A stretch of DNA of 64,000 nucleotides, taken from positions 4,476-68,475 of the IMG/VR virus record IMGVR_UViG_3300012347_000106, one strand, 5' to 3'. This DNA comes from a virus. Of this stretch, positions 63,834 through 64,000 are shown in pieces (the stretch's first letter is position 1; every line of letters starts with the position of its first letter). The notes beneath the pieces were generated by a model. That model ran no database searches, was not told the DNA's origin, and saw only the letters and a program-made list of their open reading frames with translations. Position numbers and translations under genes: made by a program.

Positions 63834-64000
63834 GTGAGGCTGTTCACCCTTCACGGGGTGGACTACTTCATTCTGTGGGACTACCTGTCCATCGGGGCGT
63901 CCTTCTTCCTGCCAACCACGGCAACCAAGAAGCAAGCGTTCGAGGCACTGCAGCCGTACGCCCGGTATCTGGGAATACAGCTGCAGGTGCGCAACCGCTG
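63834..64000 (+). CDS. hypothetical protein, 5' part only (runs off right edge)
   Basis: Open frame from a GTG just after the primase stop to the window end. Confidence 0.25.
   Translation, partial: MRLFTLHGVDYFILWDYLSIGASFFLPTTATKKQAFEALQPYARYLGIQLQVRNR

Noticed and set aside
1-64000. tRNA genes, integrase, CI/Cro-type repressor and attachment sites
   Set aside because: No cloverleaf-compatible segments (GTTC..A motifs with acceptor pairing), recombinase motifs, or flanking bacterial genes seen. The element looks like a virulent phage or an internal part of one.

Overview
This window is a nearly gene-saturated segment of a virulent-type tailed dsDNA phage (or a prophage without visible junctions), organised as two divergent arms around a regulatory hub at about 32.44-32.75 kb. 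No integrase, repressor, tRNA, CRISPR array or phage RNA polymerase was seen. The minus-strand arm (1-32439) is a tightly packed late operon. It runs from a putative small terminase through TerL, an 820-aa portal, a scaffold, an HK97-like major capsid protein and an intrinsic terminator. Below that come about 15 small head/tail proteins (five of them paralogous Lys/Gly-rich basic proteins), a 1429-aa modular tail fibre, a 530-aa tail fibre with tandem 132-nt Phage_fiber_2-type repeats, and a lysis cassette with a GH19 endolysin. A GIY-YIG/NUMOD3 homing endonuclease follows, whose 3' end duplicates the endolysin 3' end. The arm ends in large tail proteins and Gln- and Gly/Ala-rich putative internal/ejection proteins, including a GNAT acetyltransferase. 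The plus-strand arm (32746-64000) is an early/middle region driven by sigma70-like promoters (TTGACA-N17-TAnAAT). It has about 55 mostly small genes. Those I could assign encode a MoxR-like AAA+ ATPase, a DUF2201-type metallopeptidase/vWA protein, two paralogous HNH-AP2 homing endonucleases, a MazG-like NTPase, an SPFH lipoprotein, an RF-1-domain protein, a glutaredoxin, a VRR-NUC nuclease, a family A DNA polymerase, a Cas4-like nuclease, an SNF2 helicase, an SSB-like protein and a PrimPol+SF3 primase-helicase. The signals I would look at first are these. (1) A 15-16 bp palindromic motif CTTTTAAGGTTAAAAG, in both orientations, in at least 13 copies almost exclusively at early-gene starts. (2) A roughly 416-bp noncoding element bounded by 24-27 bp inverted repeats. 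(3) A roughly 490-nt promoter-proximal noncoding region, a candidate ncRNA. (4) A perfect 26-bp palindrome in the divergent promoter hub. (5) A split MoxR/vWA module. (6) The homing-endonuclease load, including the endolysin-end duplication.
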